Below, piece after piece: positions 1 through 9,131 of a DNA stretch of 32,000 bases. Source of the DNA: Vibrio vulnificus CMCP6 (GTDB taxonomy: Bacteria > Pseudomonadota > Gammaproteobacteria > Enterobacterales > Vibrionaceae). Location: the NCBI RefSeq assembly GCF_000039765.1, contig NC_004459.3, forward strand, positions 1,500,001 through 1,532,000. Direction: 5' to 3'. Position 1 is the first letter of the stretch; each line of letters opens with the position of its first letter. Under the pieces are notes generated by a model that searched no databases, was not told the DNA's origin, and worked only from the letters and a program-made list of their open reading frames with translations. The position numbers and the translations under genes were made by a program.

Positions 1-1
1 A

Positions 2-916
2 AGCCGCGAGTCAAACTTTGCCATTGTGCGAGATTCGGGGCGTTTTCGTGTCAGTGCCTTCTACCAACGAGAGCTTCCTGGTGCGGTGATTCGCCGCATT
101 GAAACCAACATTCCAACCTTTGAGGAACTTAAGCTGCCTCATGTTTTGCAAGACTTAGCGATTGCCAAACGTGGATTGGTGCTGGTGGTGGGCGCGACGG
201 GCTCTGGTAAATCGACCACCATGGCTGCGATGACGGGATATCGAAATACCCACCGTAGTGGACACATTTTGACGGTGGAAGATCCGATTGAATTTGTCCA
301 CGAACATAAACGCTGTATTGTCACCCAGCGTGAAGTCGGTTTGGATACGGAAAGCTATGAAGTCGCACTAAAGAACTCGCTGCGTCAAGCGCCAGATATG
401 ATTCTAATTGGTGAGATTCGCAGTCGGGAAACCATGGAATACGCCATGACCTTTGCTGAAACGGGTCACTTGTGTATGGCGACACTGCATGCCAATAACG
501 CCAACCAAGCACTGGAGCGCATCTTACACTTGGTGCCTAAAGAACAAAAAGAGCAGTTTTTGTTTGACCTTTCCATGAACTTAAAAGGGGTAGTTGGTCA
601 GCAGTTGATTCGTGATAAAAATGGTAAAGGTCGTCACGGTGTGTTCGAGGTGTTACTTAACAGTCCGCGCGTGTCGGATTTGATCCGTCGTGGCGATTTG
701 CATGAGCTGAAAATGACTATGGCGAAGTCGAAAGAAGTCGGTATGCAGACCTTTGACCAATCACTCTATACATTAGTAGTGGAAGGCAAAATCAGCGAAG
801 AAGACGCCATGCACAGTGCCGATTCCGCCAACGATTTACGTTTGATGCTGAAGACGCAGCGAGGTGATATTAGTTCCCCCGGCTCATTGGCGAACGTGAA
901 GATTGATATGGATTAG
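2..916 (+). CDS. pilU: Type IV pilus PilT-family ATPase PilU, 5' end cut by the window edge
   Basis: The frame is open from the window edge (ORF track 26..916). It has Walker A GATGSGKST, TVEDPIEF, LIGEIRSRET and the His box TGHLCMATLHAN of PilT/PilU hexameric ATPases. Overall similarity and the C-terminal tail fit PilU better than PilT. Confidence 0.85.
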   Translation, partial: SRESNFAIVRDSGRFRVSAFYQRELPGAVIRRIETNIPTFEELKLPHVLQDLAIAKRGLVLVVGATGSGKSTTMAAMTGYRNTHRSGHILTVEDPIEFVHEHKRCIVTQREVGLDTESYEVALKNSLRQAPDMILIGEIRSRETMEYAMTFAETGHLCMATLHANNANQALERILHLVPKEQKEQFLFDLSMNLKGVVGQQLIRDKNGKGRHGVFEVLLNSPRVSDLIRRGDLHELKMTMAKSKEVGMQTFDQSLYTLVVEGKISEEDAMHSADSANDLRLMLKTQRGDISSPGSLANVKIDMD

Positions 917-940
917 TTCGACAGTGCTAAAACACCATGA

Positions 941-976
941 AAAAACGAGAGACTAGAAGTCTCTCGTTTTGTGTTT
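941..976. terminator. Bidirectional Rho-independent terminator between pilU and ruvX
   Basis: Stem acgagagac (945-953) pairs with gtctctcgt (959-967) around loop tagaa. An A-run lies on the left and a T-run on the right. Confidence 0.7.
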
Positions 977-1008
977 AGGGAGTGCGAAGGTGAAGAGTCT
1001 TCTGTGAG

Positions 1009-1431
1009 TTAGCCCCACTGAGCTTCAAACCAACTCTCTAAAATAATCACCGCAGATTGGCAATCAACATTACCTTTGCTCAAAGCTTTGTAACCGCCCA
1101 TAGAGAACAGCTCAGAACGCGCTTCTGTAGTCGATAGGCGTTCATCATGCAATTCAACCGGAAGACCAAAGCGCCCTTGTAGGCGCTGAGCAAACTTCTT
1201 CGCGCGTGGGGTAATGGTTTCTAAGGCCTTGCCGTGCAAATCTGTCGGCAGTCCCACCACCAATAAATTGGGTTGCCACTCTTTGATTTGCTTTTCAATC
1301 TCATCCCAATTTGGAATGCCGTCATTGGCTTTGAAAGCCTTCAGTGGTGATGCGGTGCCAGTAATTTCTTGGCCGATGGCACTACCAATGCTTTTGGTGC
1401 CAAAATCGAATGCCATGATGGTGCGAGACAT
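1009..1431 (-). CDS. ruvX: YqgF/RuvX putative pre-16S rRNA nuclease (Holliday junction resolvase-like)
   Basis: 140 aa. The N-terminus [13 protein letters not shown] and overall length are typical of the YqgF family. It shows yqgE-yqgF synteny as in E. coli. Confidence 0.9.
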   Translation of the reverse strand: MSRTIMAFDFGTKSIGSAIGQEITGTASPLKAFKANDGIPNWDEIEKQIKEWQPNLLVVGLPTDLHGKALETITPRAKKFAQRLQGRFGLPVELHDERLSTTEARSELFSMGGYKALSKGNVDCQSAVIILESWFEAQWG

Positions 1432-1452
1432 AAATAACCTAAGTCAAACGGG

Positions 1453-2016
1453 TTAAGCGTGACCAGCTTGATCGGAAAGCTGAGACGCGTGAATTCCAAG
1501 CATTTGCACGGCTTTTTGCCAGCGCATTGCTATCGGTGTGTCAAAAATAATATCAGGATTGGCTTCAACCGTGAGCCACGAGTTTTCCGCTAATTCGGCT
1601 TCGAGTTGTCCAGCACTCCAGCCTGAGTAACCGAGTGCGACGATGTAGCTGCTTGGTTCCGCTTCTGTGCCAAGCACAGTCAAAATGTCCTTTGAGGTCG
1701 TAACGGAGATCTGCTCGGTCATTTGTAAGCTCGACTCATAGAAATCTTTCGGTCTATGGAGAATGAAGCCGCGATCTTCAGCGACTGGCCCGCCATTGTA
1801 GACTGGCTTGGTCAGACTTGAGGTGTTCAACTGAGGATGAACAGGCTGGACATCGACTTGCTCGAGCATTTTGCCCACGGTGATATCAATAGGCGCGTTG
1901 ATCATTAAGCCCATTGCGCCTTCTTCATTATGTTCACAGATATAGATGACGCTGTGCTGAAAGTAGGGATCTTTCATACCCGGCATCGCAACCAGAAAAT
2001 GATTTGTCAGGTTCAT
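1453..2016 (-). CDS. yqgE: UPF0301 protein YqgE/AlgH family
   Basis: The ORF track gives 1453..2064. Homology to E. coli YqgE begins at [19 protein letters not shown]. The ATG at 2016 is preceded by GGAG. The upstream extension has no homology support. Confidence 0.85.
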
Positions 2017-2070
2017 ACAGGACTCCAATCTGTTACAGCAGAGCCATCGCTGGCTCTGCAACACTCATGT

Positions 2071-3024
2071 TTAAGCTTGAGCTTGTAAACGACGTTCAAT
2101 CGCGTCCATTAGTTTACCGGTAATCGAGATATCGAAGGCAGCTTCAATTTCGCGAATACAGGTTGGACTGGTGACGTTAATTTCCGTCAGTTTATCGCCT
2201 ATCACATCCAAGCCAACAAAAATAAGCCCTTTTTCTTTTAATGTTGGAGCCACTGCGTTTGCAATTTTTAGGTCGGTTTCGCTCAGTGGTCGAGGTTCAC
2301 CGCTGCCGCCAGCAGCCAAGTTACCACGAGTTTCCCCTTTAGCAGGAATACGTGCTAAGCAATAGGGCATCGGTTCGCCATCCACCACCAGAATCCGTTT
2401 GTCACCGTTGCTGATATCAGGCACGAAAGTTTGCGCCATTGCGTAATTTTGGCCATGGTTGGTCAGTGTTTCGATGATCACTGAAACGTTAGGATCATTC
2501 TCTTTCACACGGAAAATCGAAGCACCACCCATACCATCCAGCGGTTTTAAAATGATGTCGCCATGCTCTTGGCGAAACGCTTTAATTTTCTCTGCTTTGC
2601 GCGTCACGATCGTGGTTGGCGTTAGTTCTGGGAACCAAGCGGTAAAGAGTTTTTCATTGCAATCGCGCAAGCTTTGAGGCTTGTTGACGATCAAGGTGCC
2701 TTGCTCTTCCGCACGCTCTAAAATGTAGGTCGCGTAGATGTACTCCGTATCAAATGGAGGATCCTTACGCATCAAGACCGCATCCAGTTCCGCCAACTCG
2801 ATGGTTTGTTCTGATGTGAACTCATACCAACCATTAGGATCTTCTTTCAGTTGCACCACTTTGGTGTCAGCAATAGCAATGCCTTGATCTAAGTGTAGAT
2901 CATTCATCTCCATATAATGGATTTCCCAACCGCGACGTTGAGCTTCTAGCATCATGGCGAAGCTAGAATCTTTTTTAATGTTAATGGACGAAATTGGATC
3001 CATTACGATGCCGAGTTTGATCAT
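2071..3024 (-). CDS. gshB: Glutathione synthetase
   Basis: Near-colinear with E. coli GshB (MIKLGIVMDPI..., KDPPFDTE, LKPLDGMGGASIF, TEINVTSPTC). The ORF track starts at a GTG one codon upstream. The ATG at 3024 has GGAGA 7 nt upstream. Confidence 0.95.
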   Translation of the reverse strand: MIKLGIVMDPISSINIKKDSSFAMMLEAQRRGWEIHYMEMNDLHLDQGIAIADTKVVQLKEDPNGWYEFTSEQTIELAELDAVLMRKDPPFDTEYIYATYILERAEEQGTLIVNKPQSLRDCNEKLFTAWFPELTPTTIVTRKAEKIKAFRQEHGDIILKPLDGMGGASIFRVKENDPNVSVIIETLTNHGQNYAMAQTFVPDISNGDKRILVVDGEPMPYCLARIPAKGETRGNLAAGGSGEPRPLSETDLKIANAVAPTLKEKGLIFVGLDVIGDKLTEINVTSPTCIREIEAAFDISITGKLMDAIERRLQAQA

Positions 3025-3038
3025 CACTGTTCTCCGTG

Positions 3039-3770
3039 TTATCCCAGATCGCCGAAACGAACCTGTAAGGCAGTAATTGCCGTTAACGCTGCCGTTTCTG
3101 TGCGCAATACACGTGGTCCTAGCAGTGTTTCTTCAAATTGATATTGTTGTGTCATGTCGATCTCTTCAGAAGAGAGACCGCCCTCAGGACCAATCAGCAA
3201 GCGTACTTTTGTGACAGGCTCTGGCAGGGTATTGATGGAGTATTTTGCGCGTGGGTGTAGATTGAGTTTAAGTCCATCGTACTCTTCTGCACACCAAGCT
3301 TCTAAAGACATGATTGGGCGAATTTCAGGAATGGTATTACGGCCACACTGCTCACACGCGCTGATCGCGATTTTTTGCCACTGGGCCAGTTTTTTCTCGA
3401 AACGTTTTTCATCTAGCTTCACACCACAACGATCAGAAATCAGCGGAGTAATGGTATTCACCCCCAACTCTACCGATTTTTGGATAGTGAACTCCATTTT
3501 TTCACCGCGGGAGATGACCTGCCCAAGATGAAGATCGAGCGGGGACTCACTGCTACGTTCAACCCTTTCACTGAGTTCTACCATCACACTCTTCTTACCC
3601 ACTTCACTGATCACGGCGGGAAACTCAGCGCCACTGCCGTCAAAGAGCAAGACTTCTTGGCCTTCTTTCATGCGTAACACACGCCCGATATGGCCAGCAG
3701 CGTCATCACTAAGTGCAATAACGCCAAGGTGTTGAATGGTTTCTGGATGATAAATTCGAGGGATACGCAT
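3039..3770 (-). CDS. rsmE: 16S rRNA (uracil1498-N3)-methyltransferase RsmE
   Basis: 243 aa. It has MRIPRIY at the N-terminus and the C-terminal SPOUT motifs LLIGPEGG and [11 protein letters not shown]. It is adjacent to gshB as in E. coli. Confidence 0.9.
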   Translation of the reverse strand: MRIPRIYHPETIQHLGVIALSDDAAGHIGRVLRMKEGQEVLLFDGSGAEFPAVISEVGKKSVMVELSERVERSSESPLDLHLGQVISRGEKMEFTIQKSVELGVNTITPLISDRCGVKLDEKRFEKKLAQWQKIAISACEQCGRNTIPEIRPIMSLEAWCAEEYDGLKLNLHPRAKYSINTLPEPVTKVRLLIGPEGGLSSEEIDMTQQYQFEETLLGPRVLRTETAALTAITALQVRFGDLG

Positions 3771-4007
3771 GGTATTTCAAGTTCCTGACTACGCGAATAT
3801 TTAGAGACTAACATGGATGCTGCGAGGGTAAAAAACAAGTCAGTTAAGTAATTTAAGCGTGAGTTCATAATTTAAGGAGGATTTGATTGTAATTCATTCT
3901 TGGTGTGAATACTTTCTTTCGTTCTTGATGCTTTAGCTTTTGCGAATTTACTCAATGGCTTAGGTGGTTTAAGAGATAAACAATAATGAAAAATAATGGA
4001 AAGTGTT

Positions 4008-5342
4008 ATGAATAAGACCAAACTGGCAATGGTTTGTGCATTGCTAACAACGATGGCTGGGTGTAACTCAGGATCATCTTCTGATGGCCCTGGTGAGCTT
4101 GGTAGCCCTAACATCAAAGGGGATCCTTCACTGGATAAAATTTATTCCTACCAAGAGAGTGATTTATCCACCACGGCCATCGAGTGTGCCAAGATTTACA
4201 AACAAAATCTGTCTTGCTCGTTGGAAAAAATACGCCCAATCGGTGCTAATCGAACCGAGGATATTACCCTTGAAGAGATTCAAAGTAGGCTGCTCGTATC
4301 ACATCAATGGATGGCAGAAAGCTTTATCGCAGCACTTAAAGCGATAAATGATCAAGATTTGCTGAATTTGTTCAAACCACTGAACACGATAGTCCTGAGT
4401 TATGACATCCGTCCTTCTTTTTATCATTCACGGACTGCATCAATGTACATTGATGCTCGCTACCTTTGGCGAGATTACTCCGATTGGAGAACGATTCATC
4501 AACAAGACGATTATCGTAAGGAGTTCGCTCGAGAGTTTACGTACGAAAATGCGTCTCGCTATGTCTATGGCCAGACACTTAACTACGTAACAGTCTCCAA
4601 TCAGTATGATTCGAAGCGAAATAGCACTCGCAGTGCAGAGAAGATTGCCCCCGGCCTATTTAGGCTGTTGGCGCATGAACTGGCACATGCCAATGATTTG
4701 CTTCCACCCAACGACCTACTTCAGCTCGCTAGCCGTGGCACTATCCTTAATGAGATTGAAGATGCCAATCACATCTACTCTCAGCTTAGCTCCGCACACG
4801 GTTTAACGTCGCAACTGCTTCTTGAGGCGGCTGCGACATCGTTTCATGGTAAACCGATGACGGACCTAGTGAGAAATTCAACGGGAGAGCAGGCTGGGGG
4901 AGAATTTGAAACAGACGGTGCCGCTGCCTTTTATGGCTATTCGACCGAGCGAGAAGATGTCGCAACGTTGTTTGAAAGCTATATGATGCACAAAAAATAT
5001 GGCGCTATTGATGAAGTGGCCTTTGTAAGCGTTCCCCAAACTGAAGCATACACCTGCGATGACTGGAAAATACTTTGGGGACAAAGAGATCGTTTATCCG
5101 ATAAAAATGTACGCAGTAGAGCACTGTTTGTTGCTCAGCAAATTCTCGATCAAACGCCTCAAGTAATCGAGGAGAATTTGCCTCCTGTTTCCTCAGTGCC
5201 AACGGCGATGCCAATAGGAAAAGGGTGGTGTGAGACTCTAGGGGCTAATTATGATAGTGCCGCAGGTGCTCGTTTTGCTGCTCCGTATTCTAAAGCAGGA
5301 GAGCGCTTTGGTTACCTAGAAGATATCGGTGCTAAAGAGTGA
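4008..5342 (+). CDS. Predicted lipoprotein with HExxH zinc-metalloprotease-like motif, function unknown
   Basis: The signal peptide MNKTKLAMVCALLTTMAGC has a lipobox-like MAGC. An HELAH motif (LLAHELAHAND) is followed by downstream acidic residues (STEREDVATLFESYMM). The ATG at 4008 is preferred over 3996 because it yields a canonical lipoprotein signal. I do not recognise a family by name. Confidence 0.6.
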   Translation: MNKTKLAMVCALLTTMAGCNSGSSSDGPGELGSPNIKGDPSLDKIYSYQESDLSTTAIECAKIYKQNLSCSLEKIRPIGANRTEDITLEEIQSRLLVSHQWMAESFIAALKAINDQDLLNLFKPLNTIVLSYDIRPSFYHSRTASMYIDARYLWRDYSDWRTIHQQDDYRKEFAREFTYENASRYVYGQTLNYVTVSNQYDSKRNSTRSAEKIAPGLFRLLAHELAHANDLLPPNDLLQLASRGTILNEIEDANHIYSQLSSAHGLTSQLLLEAAATSFHGKPMTDLVRNSTGEQAGGEFETDGAAAFYGYSTEREDVATLFESYMMHKKYGAIDEVAFVSVPQTEAYTCDDWKILWGQRDRLSDKNVRSRALFVAQQILDQTPQVIEENLPPVSSVPTAMPIGKGWCETLGANYDSAAGARFAAPYSKAGERFGYLEDIGAKE

Positions 5343-5359
5343 TCATTTGCTCGTAACAT

Positions 5360-5390
5360 ATATCCCAGCCAAAGAGCTGGGATATTTTTA
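5360..5390 (+). terminator. Rho-independent terminator after the lipoprotein gene
   Basis: Stem atatcccagc (5360-5369) pairs with gctgggatat (5376-5385) around loop caaaga, followed by ttttt. The T-tract overlaps the endA stop codon on the other strand. Confidence 0.7.
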
Positions 5391-6083
5391 TCTCACGGTA
5401 CAGGATTGCTGCACAAACGGATTATGATTGCCTTGAATCTTGGCAATGCGATCATCTCTTGTGCACTCCCATTCATCAACGGGGTATGATTTGTTCCAAG
5501 CCTGCATCAGTTGCTGTTGTTGCTTGGAAAGCTGAAAGCCATACTCTTGACTCATGTAGAGATAGGTTCGAGCAATAGACCCACGAGCTCTGTCTGGCGG
5601 CATGACTTTACGTTGTTTGAAGTTGACCTGCATTTCACAGCGCCCATAACTGACACCATCCATGCCATTCCACTGACTGAAGTTGAAGTTTGAACGATCG
5701 CCATTGACTTCACCGATCGCTGGCGTGAGGTTGTGTAAGTCTGCTTCCATCAAGCGAAACTGTTGATCATTTTTACTGCAGTTTTTGCGCCCACCTTTTT
5801 GCCAGCATTGACGCTGGTGGCCAAATTGCCAAGCAGGGACGACATGTTCCCATTCTATACGCGATGCGCGAGTTTGCTGTTTGCGTACTTGGTAACCACA
5901 TGTCTCCAAGTTAGGAATGCCTTTCTTGCCTTGCCATTCAATGTCGCAGCCACAGTAAAAGCTAATGGGATGATCTTGGTAGATCTTCACCGCCTGTTGT
6001 TTGGCGGCAGAGAAGGAGCTAGGTGGCGCGGCCTGGATCGCAAAGGCAGTGAACGAGGCAATAAAAATGAATAATCGCTTCAT
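5388..6083 (-). CDS. endA: Periplasmic/extracellular endonuclease I (EndA/Dns/Vvn family)
   Basis: 231 aa with a signal peptide ([18 protein letters not shown]). It has the endonuclease I motifs [13 protein letters not shown] and [20 protein letters not shown]. It closely resembles my recollection of Vibrio Vvn/Dns. Confidence 0.92.
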   Translation of the reverse strand: MKRLFIFIASFTAFAIQAAPPSSFSAAKQQAVKIYQDHPISFYCGCDIEWQGKKGIPNLETCGYQVRKQQTRASRIEWEHVVPAWQFGHQRQCWQKGGRKNCSKNDQQFRLMEADLHNLTPAIGEVNGDRSNFNFSQWNGMDGVSYGRCEMQVNFKQRKVMPPDRARGSIARTYLYMSQEYGFQLSKQQQQLMQAWNKSYPVDEWECTRDDRIAKIQGNHNPFVQQSCTVR

Positions 6084-6185
6084 GCTAAAAGTCTTTAAAA
6101 AGTATGACTTTTAGCATTCTAACACGCGTATTTTATTCAATGTAATAAGTAAGTTAATAATAGCAACAGGGGGGGGAGTGCCAAG

Positions 6186-6692
6186 CTATGAGAGTTGGAT
6201 GCCGGTGAAGATCAAGGTTTGTCGGCACTTTTGGCAGGTATAGCTTGCCTCATTACGCAGAACTTTGTTGTGGCGACGGATGGTTAGCGGAAACTCGCGA
6301 CATTGGCAGCGATATTGGAAGGTTTTTCCTTGCACGGAAGCGACAGCAAATTGATGTGTCGTGTTGGCGGGCAAGAGAAAAACTCCTTGCATGATGGATT
6401 GCCATTCTGCGCCATGAGGTTTAACTCGGCCATATAACTGATAAGTGAGCAAGTGAGCCACTTCATGAGGAATCACTTCTTCCAAGAAAGCCGTTTTGTT
6501 CTCTTTGAACAAAATCGGGTTAAGACGAATTTGATTGAGTTGCAGATACGCCTTACCCGCCGCTTTGCCTCTCAATTGATAGCTAAGAAGTGGCATTGGA
6601 AATTGGCGCTGAAAGTAGCGGTTGGCTTTATCGATACAAGCGTGCAGTGCTTTTTGGGCTTGGTAGTGCAGCTCAAACTCGATCTTTTTCAT
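6186..6692 (-). CDS. sprT: SprT-family zinc metalloprotein
   Basis: It has the HEVAHL zinc motif and a C-terminal Cys-rich region (YRCQC...CQKC) as in E. coli SprT. The ORF track start at 6725 is a TTG inside a hairpin. The ATG at 6692 (MKKIEFEL...) fits the homolog length. Confidence 0.85.
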   Translation of the reverse strand: MKKIEFELHYQAQKALHACIDKANRYFQRQFPMPLLSYQLRGKAAGKAYLQLNQIRLNPILFKENKTAFLEEVIPHEVAHLLTYQLYGRVKPHGAEWQSIMQGVFLLPANTTHQFAVASVQGKTFQYRCQCREFPLTIRRHNKVLRNEASYTCQKCRQTLIFTGIQLS

Positions 6693-6726
6693 CAAAAATT
6701 TGCCCTCATGGTGTGATGAGGGCAAA
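6693..6726 (-). terminator. Rho-independent terminator after the DUF2189 gene, abutting the sprT start
   Basis: Perfect 11-bp stem tttgccctcat (6699-6709) pairs with atgagggcaaa (6716-6726) around a 6-nt loop. On the minus strand it is followed by TTTTT and then directly by the sprT ATG. Confidence 0.65.
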
Positions 6727-6765
6727 TAATAGCATTATCTGTTGATGCTTCTAGGGGCAAAGACC

Positions 6766-7560
6766 CTAGTGGTGTTTTTTCTTGATGGTTTCATGGTAGG
6801 CGTGCCAAGTGGCGTAGCCAAGTATCGGCATGGTGAAGAGCATACCAATGCCATAAGTGGCAAAGCCAATTAGAATGCCGCCACAAATAATGGCTGCCCA
6901 AACAATCATTGTCGGAATGTTGGACTTCACGGCATTAAAGCTGCTGAAAACCGCTGTCATCATATCGACTCGGCGTTCCATCATCATCGGAATCGAAAAC
7001 GCAGAAATGCTAAAGACGATACTGGCCAAGACGAAACCAACGAGTGAACCAATCACTAAGAAAGGAAGAAACTCTGTGAGTGGTGCTCCTTGCACAGAAG
7101 GGTAGAGGGCATGGAGTAAAGCGGCAATGCGCATCCAGAAAATCATGCACACCGCTAACAGCACCGCAAAGGCCCATTGAGAAGAAGAGTTGCGGCCAAT
7201 GGCTTTCATTGAGTGGAGTAGGCTGGCGCTATGGCCGCGTTCTCTTTCCCAACTGGCATCATACAAACCAAGCGCAAGAAATGGGCCGATGAGCATGTAT
7301 ACCACCAAGCTGGGCATTACCACCAAATGAGTCCCTTGCCACTCAACCAGCAACACAATACCTATGGCGGCAGCCATGAAGCATAAGCCATAAAAGGCGC
7401 TGATAAGTGGCATTCGAATGAAGTCATGCAAGCCAAGTGCTAGCCAGTGAAACGGGGCGGACACACTGAGTTGGTTACATGGAATAGTGCGAGCGTATTC
7501 GTGATCGGGAACGTCCTTTCGTTTTTGCTCCAGATCCGACGGGTCTACGGTACGAGGCAT
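6766..7560 (-). CDS. Multi-pass inner-membrane protein, DUF2189-like
   Basis: 264 aa with about 6 hydrophobic helices. The N-terminal PFHWLALGLHDF motif resembles the DUF2189 signature as I remember it. A strong SD (AAGGAGGAGCT) precedes the ATG at 7560. Confidence 0.6.
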   Translation of the reverse strand: MPRTVDPSDLEQKRKDVPDHEYARTIPCNQLSVSAPFHWLALGLHDFIRMPLISAFYGLCFMAAAIGIVLLVEWQGTHLVVMPSLVVYMLIGPFLALGLYDASWERERGHSASLLHSMKAIGRNSSSQWAFAVLLAVCMIFWMRIAALLHALYPSVQGAPLTEFLPFLVIGSLVGFVLASIVFSISAFSIPMMMERRVDMMTAVFSSFNAVKSNIPTMIVWAAIICGGILIGFATYGIGMLFTMPILGYATWHAYHETIKKKHH

Positions 7561-7762
7561 AGCTCCTCCTTGATCGATTCACTGTCAGACTGACGTTGAC
7601 TGTCAGTAGGTTTCAGGTGCGGGGCAAGATCTCTTTTATTACCTTTAGCATCTGTTTTGTTGTCGTTAAGATGAGAGATAAATCTCATTTAACATTTATT
7701 TAACTATCGTTGGAGTTAGTTAAAAATACAAATGCCGTGGCGAATTTTTCGTCGCACAAATG

Positions 7763-7791
7763 AAAAAGCCTTCGCATTGAGCGAAGGCTTT
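7763..7791 (-). terminator. Rho-independent terminator of metK
   Basis: Stem gccttcgc (7768-7775) pairs with gcgaaggc (7781-7788) around loop attga. The A-run at 7763-7767 is a U-tract on the minus strand. Confidence 0.75.
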
Positions 7792-7812
7792 AGAGAATGA
7801 GGTGAGGTTATC

Positions 7813-8967
7813 TTACTTGATACCAGCAAACTCACGCAGTAGTGCTGCTTTGTCAGTCGCTTCCCATGGGAACTCTTCGCGACCGAAGTGACCGTATGCT
7901 GCGGTCTTCTTGTAGATTGGCTGAAGTAGATTCAGCATCTCTTGTAGACCGTATGGACGTAGGTCGAAGAACTGACGTACCGCTTCAATGATGATGTCGT
8001 GTGATACTTTCTCAGTACCGAATGTTTCCACCATGATAGAGGTTGGATCAGCAACACCGATTGCGTAAGACAGTTGGATTTCACAGCGATCTGCCATACC
8101 CGCCGCGACGATGTTTTTCGCTACGTAACGTGCTGCGTAAGCAGCTGAACGGTCTACTTTCGATGGATCTTTACCAGAGAAAGCACCACCACCGTGACGA
8201 GCTGCGCCGCCGTAGGTATCAACGATGATCTTACGACCAGTCAAACCACAGTCACCCATTGGACCACCGATAACGAAACGGCCAGTTGGGTTGATGAAGT
8301 ATTTTGTTTCTTTGTTTAGCCATTCAGAAGGAAGAACTGGCTTGATGATCTCTTCCATAACCGCTTCGCGAAGATCCGGTGTGGAAATAGAATCGCAGTG
8401 CTGAGTTGAAAGAACAACCGCATCAATACCAACAATTTTGCCTTGCTCGTATTGGAAAGTAACCTGTGATTTTGCATCAGGACGCAACCATGGCAGTGTG
8501 CCATCTTTACGAACTTTCGCTTGACGCTCCATCAAACGGTGAGCGTAAGTGATTGGTGCTGGCATAAGAACTTCAGTTTCGTTACATGCGTAACCGAACA
8601 TGATGCCTTGGTCGCCCGCGCCTTGCTCTTTAGGATCGGCTTTATCAACACCTTGGTTGATGTCTGGAGACTGTTTACCGATAGTGTTCAGTACTGCACA
8701 TGAGTTTGCATCGAAACCCATATCTGAATGTACATAACCAATTTCACGCACCGTTTCACGAGTTAACTCTTCGATATCAACCCATGCTGAAGTGGTGATT
8801 TCACCACCAACCATTACCATGCCGGTTTTTACGTACGTTTCACATGCAACACGCGCTTTTGGGTCTTGTTCAAGAATCGCATCAAGAACCGCATCAGAAA
8901 TCTGGTCTGCAATTTTATCTGGATGACCTTCTGAAACCGACTCAGAAGTAAACAGGTGCTTAGCCAT
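7813..8967 (-). CDS. metK: S-adenosylmethionine synthetase
   Basis: 384 aa. It has [31 protein letters not shown] and [16 protein letters not shown], and is near-colinear with E. coli MetK. Confidence 0.97.
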
Positions 8968-9049
8968 GAGAGCTCCACTTTTTTAATCTATTCTGCTGTG
9001 AGAATGCATGCTCCAGCAGTAGGAAATACAATAATGTTTGTAGGTGTTT

Positions 9050-9065
9050 CTACATCTAGACGTCT
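9050..9065. promoter_or_regulatory. Putative MetJ operator (met boxes) upstream of metK
   Basis: A perfect 8/8 met box AGACGTCT lies at 9058-9065. It abuts a 5/8 box (9050-9057, read as AGATGTAG on the metK strand). The site is 83-98 nt upstream of the metK ATG. Confidence 0.55.
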
Positions 9066-9115
9066 ATTCTAGTTTTGAATGCTCGAATTACAAGCTCTTT
9101 TTTATTATTAGCGAA

Positions 9116-9131
9116 AACCAAACGTTTGCTT
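9116..9131. promoter_or_regulatory. LacI-family type palindrome (PurR-like core CAAACGTTTG) in the metK-tkt intergenic region
   Basis: aaccAAACGTTTGctt has 7/8 symmetric half-sites around a central CG. The same core recurs at 14208-14223. Confidence 0.4.

Noticed and set aside
3154-3531. A 125-aa ORF antisense to rsmE. Similar antisense ORFs occur at 2171-2365, 2459-2677, 3480-3677, 12003-12390 and 13422-13916.
   Set aside because: They are fully embedded opposite well-supported conserved genes. They have low-complexity or odd composition and no SD. They are typical shadow ORFs.
3874-3892. A consensus SD, AAGGAGG, followed after 6 nt by TTG-TAA (a start-stop mini-ORF) upstream of the lipoprotein gene.
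   Set aside because: A 7-mer SD match is expected a few times by chance in 64 kb of two-strand sequence. The start is a weak TTG followed immediately by a stop. I cannot support function from sequence alone.
3872-4117. An 81-aa minus-strand ORF overlapping the lipoprotein gene start. Also the 76-aa ORF at 15312-15542, which overlaps the fbaA 3' end and terminator.
   Set aside because: Both overlap better-supported features, lack RBSs and cross terminator or promoter sequences.
6121-6168. I searched the AT-rich endA upstream region for a LuxR/HapR/SmcR-type quorum-sensing box.
   Set aside because: There is a TTATT...AATAA dyad (TTATTACATTGAATAA on the gene strand). Its arms are only 6 bp apart, whereas about 12 bp is needed for the 22-bp motif, and the matches to the consensus are poor.
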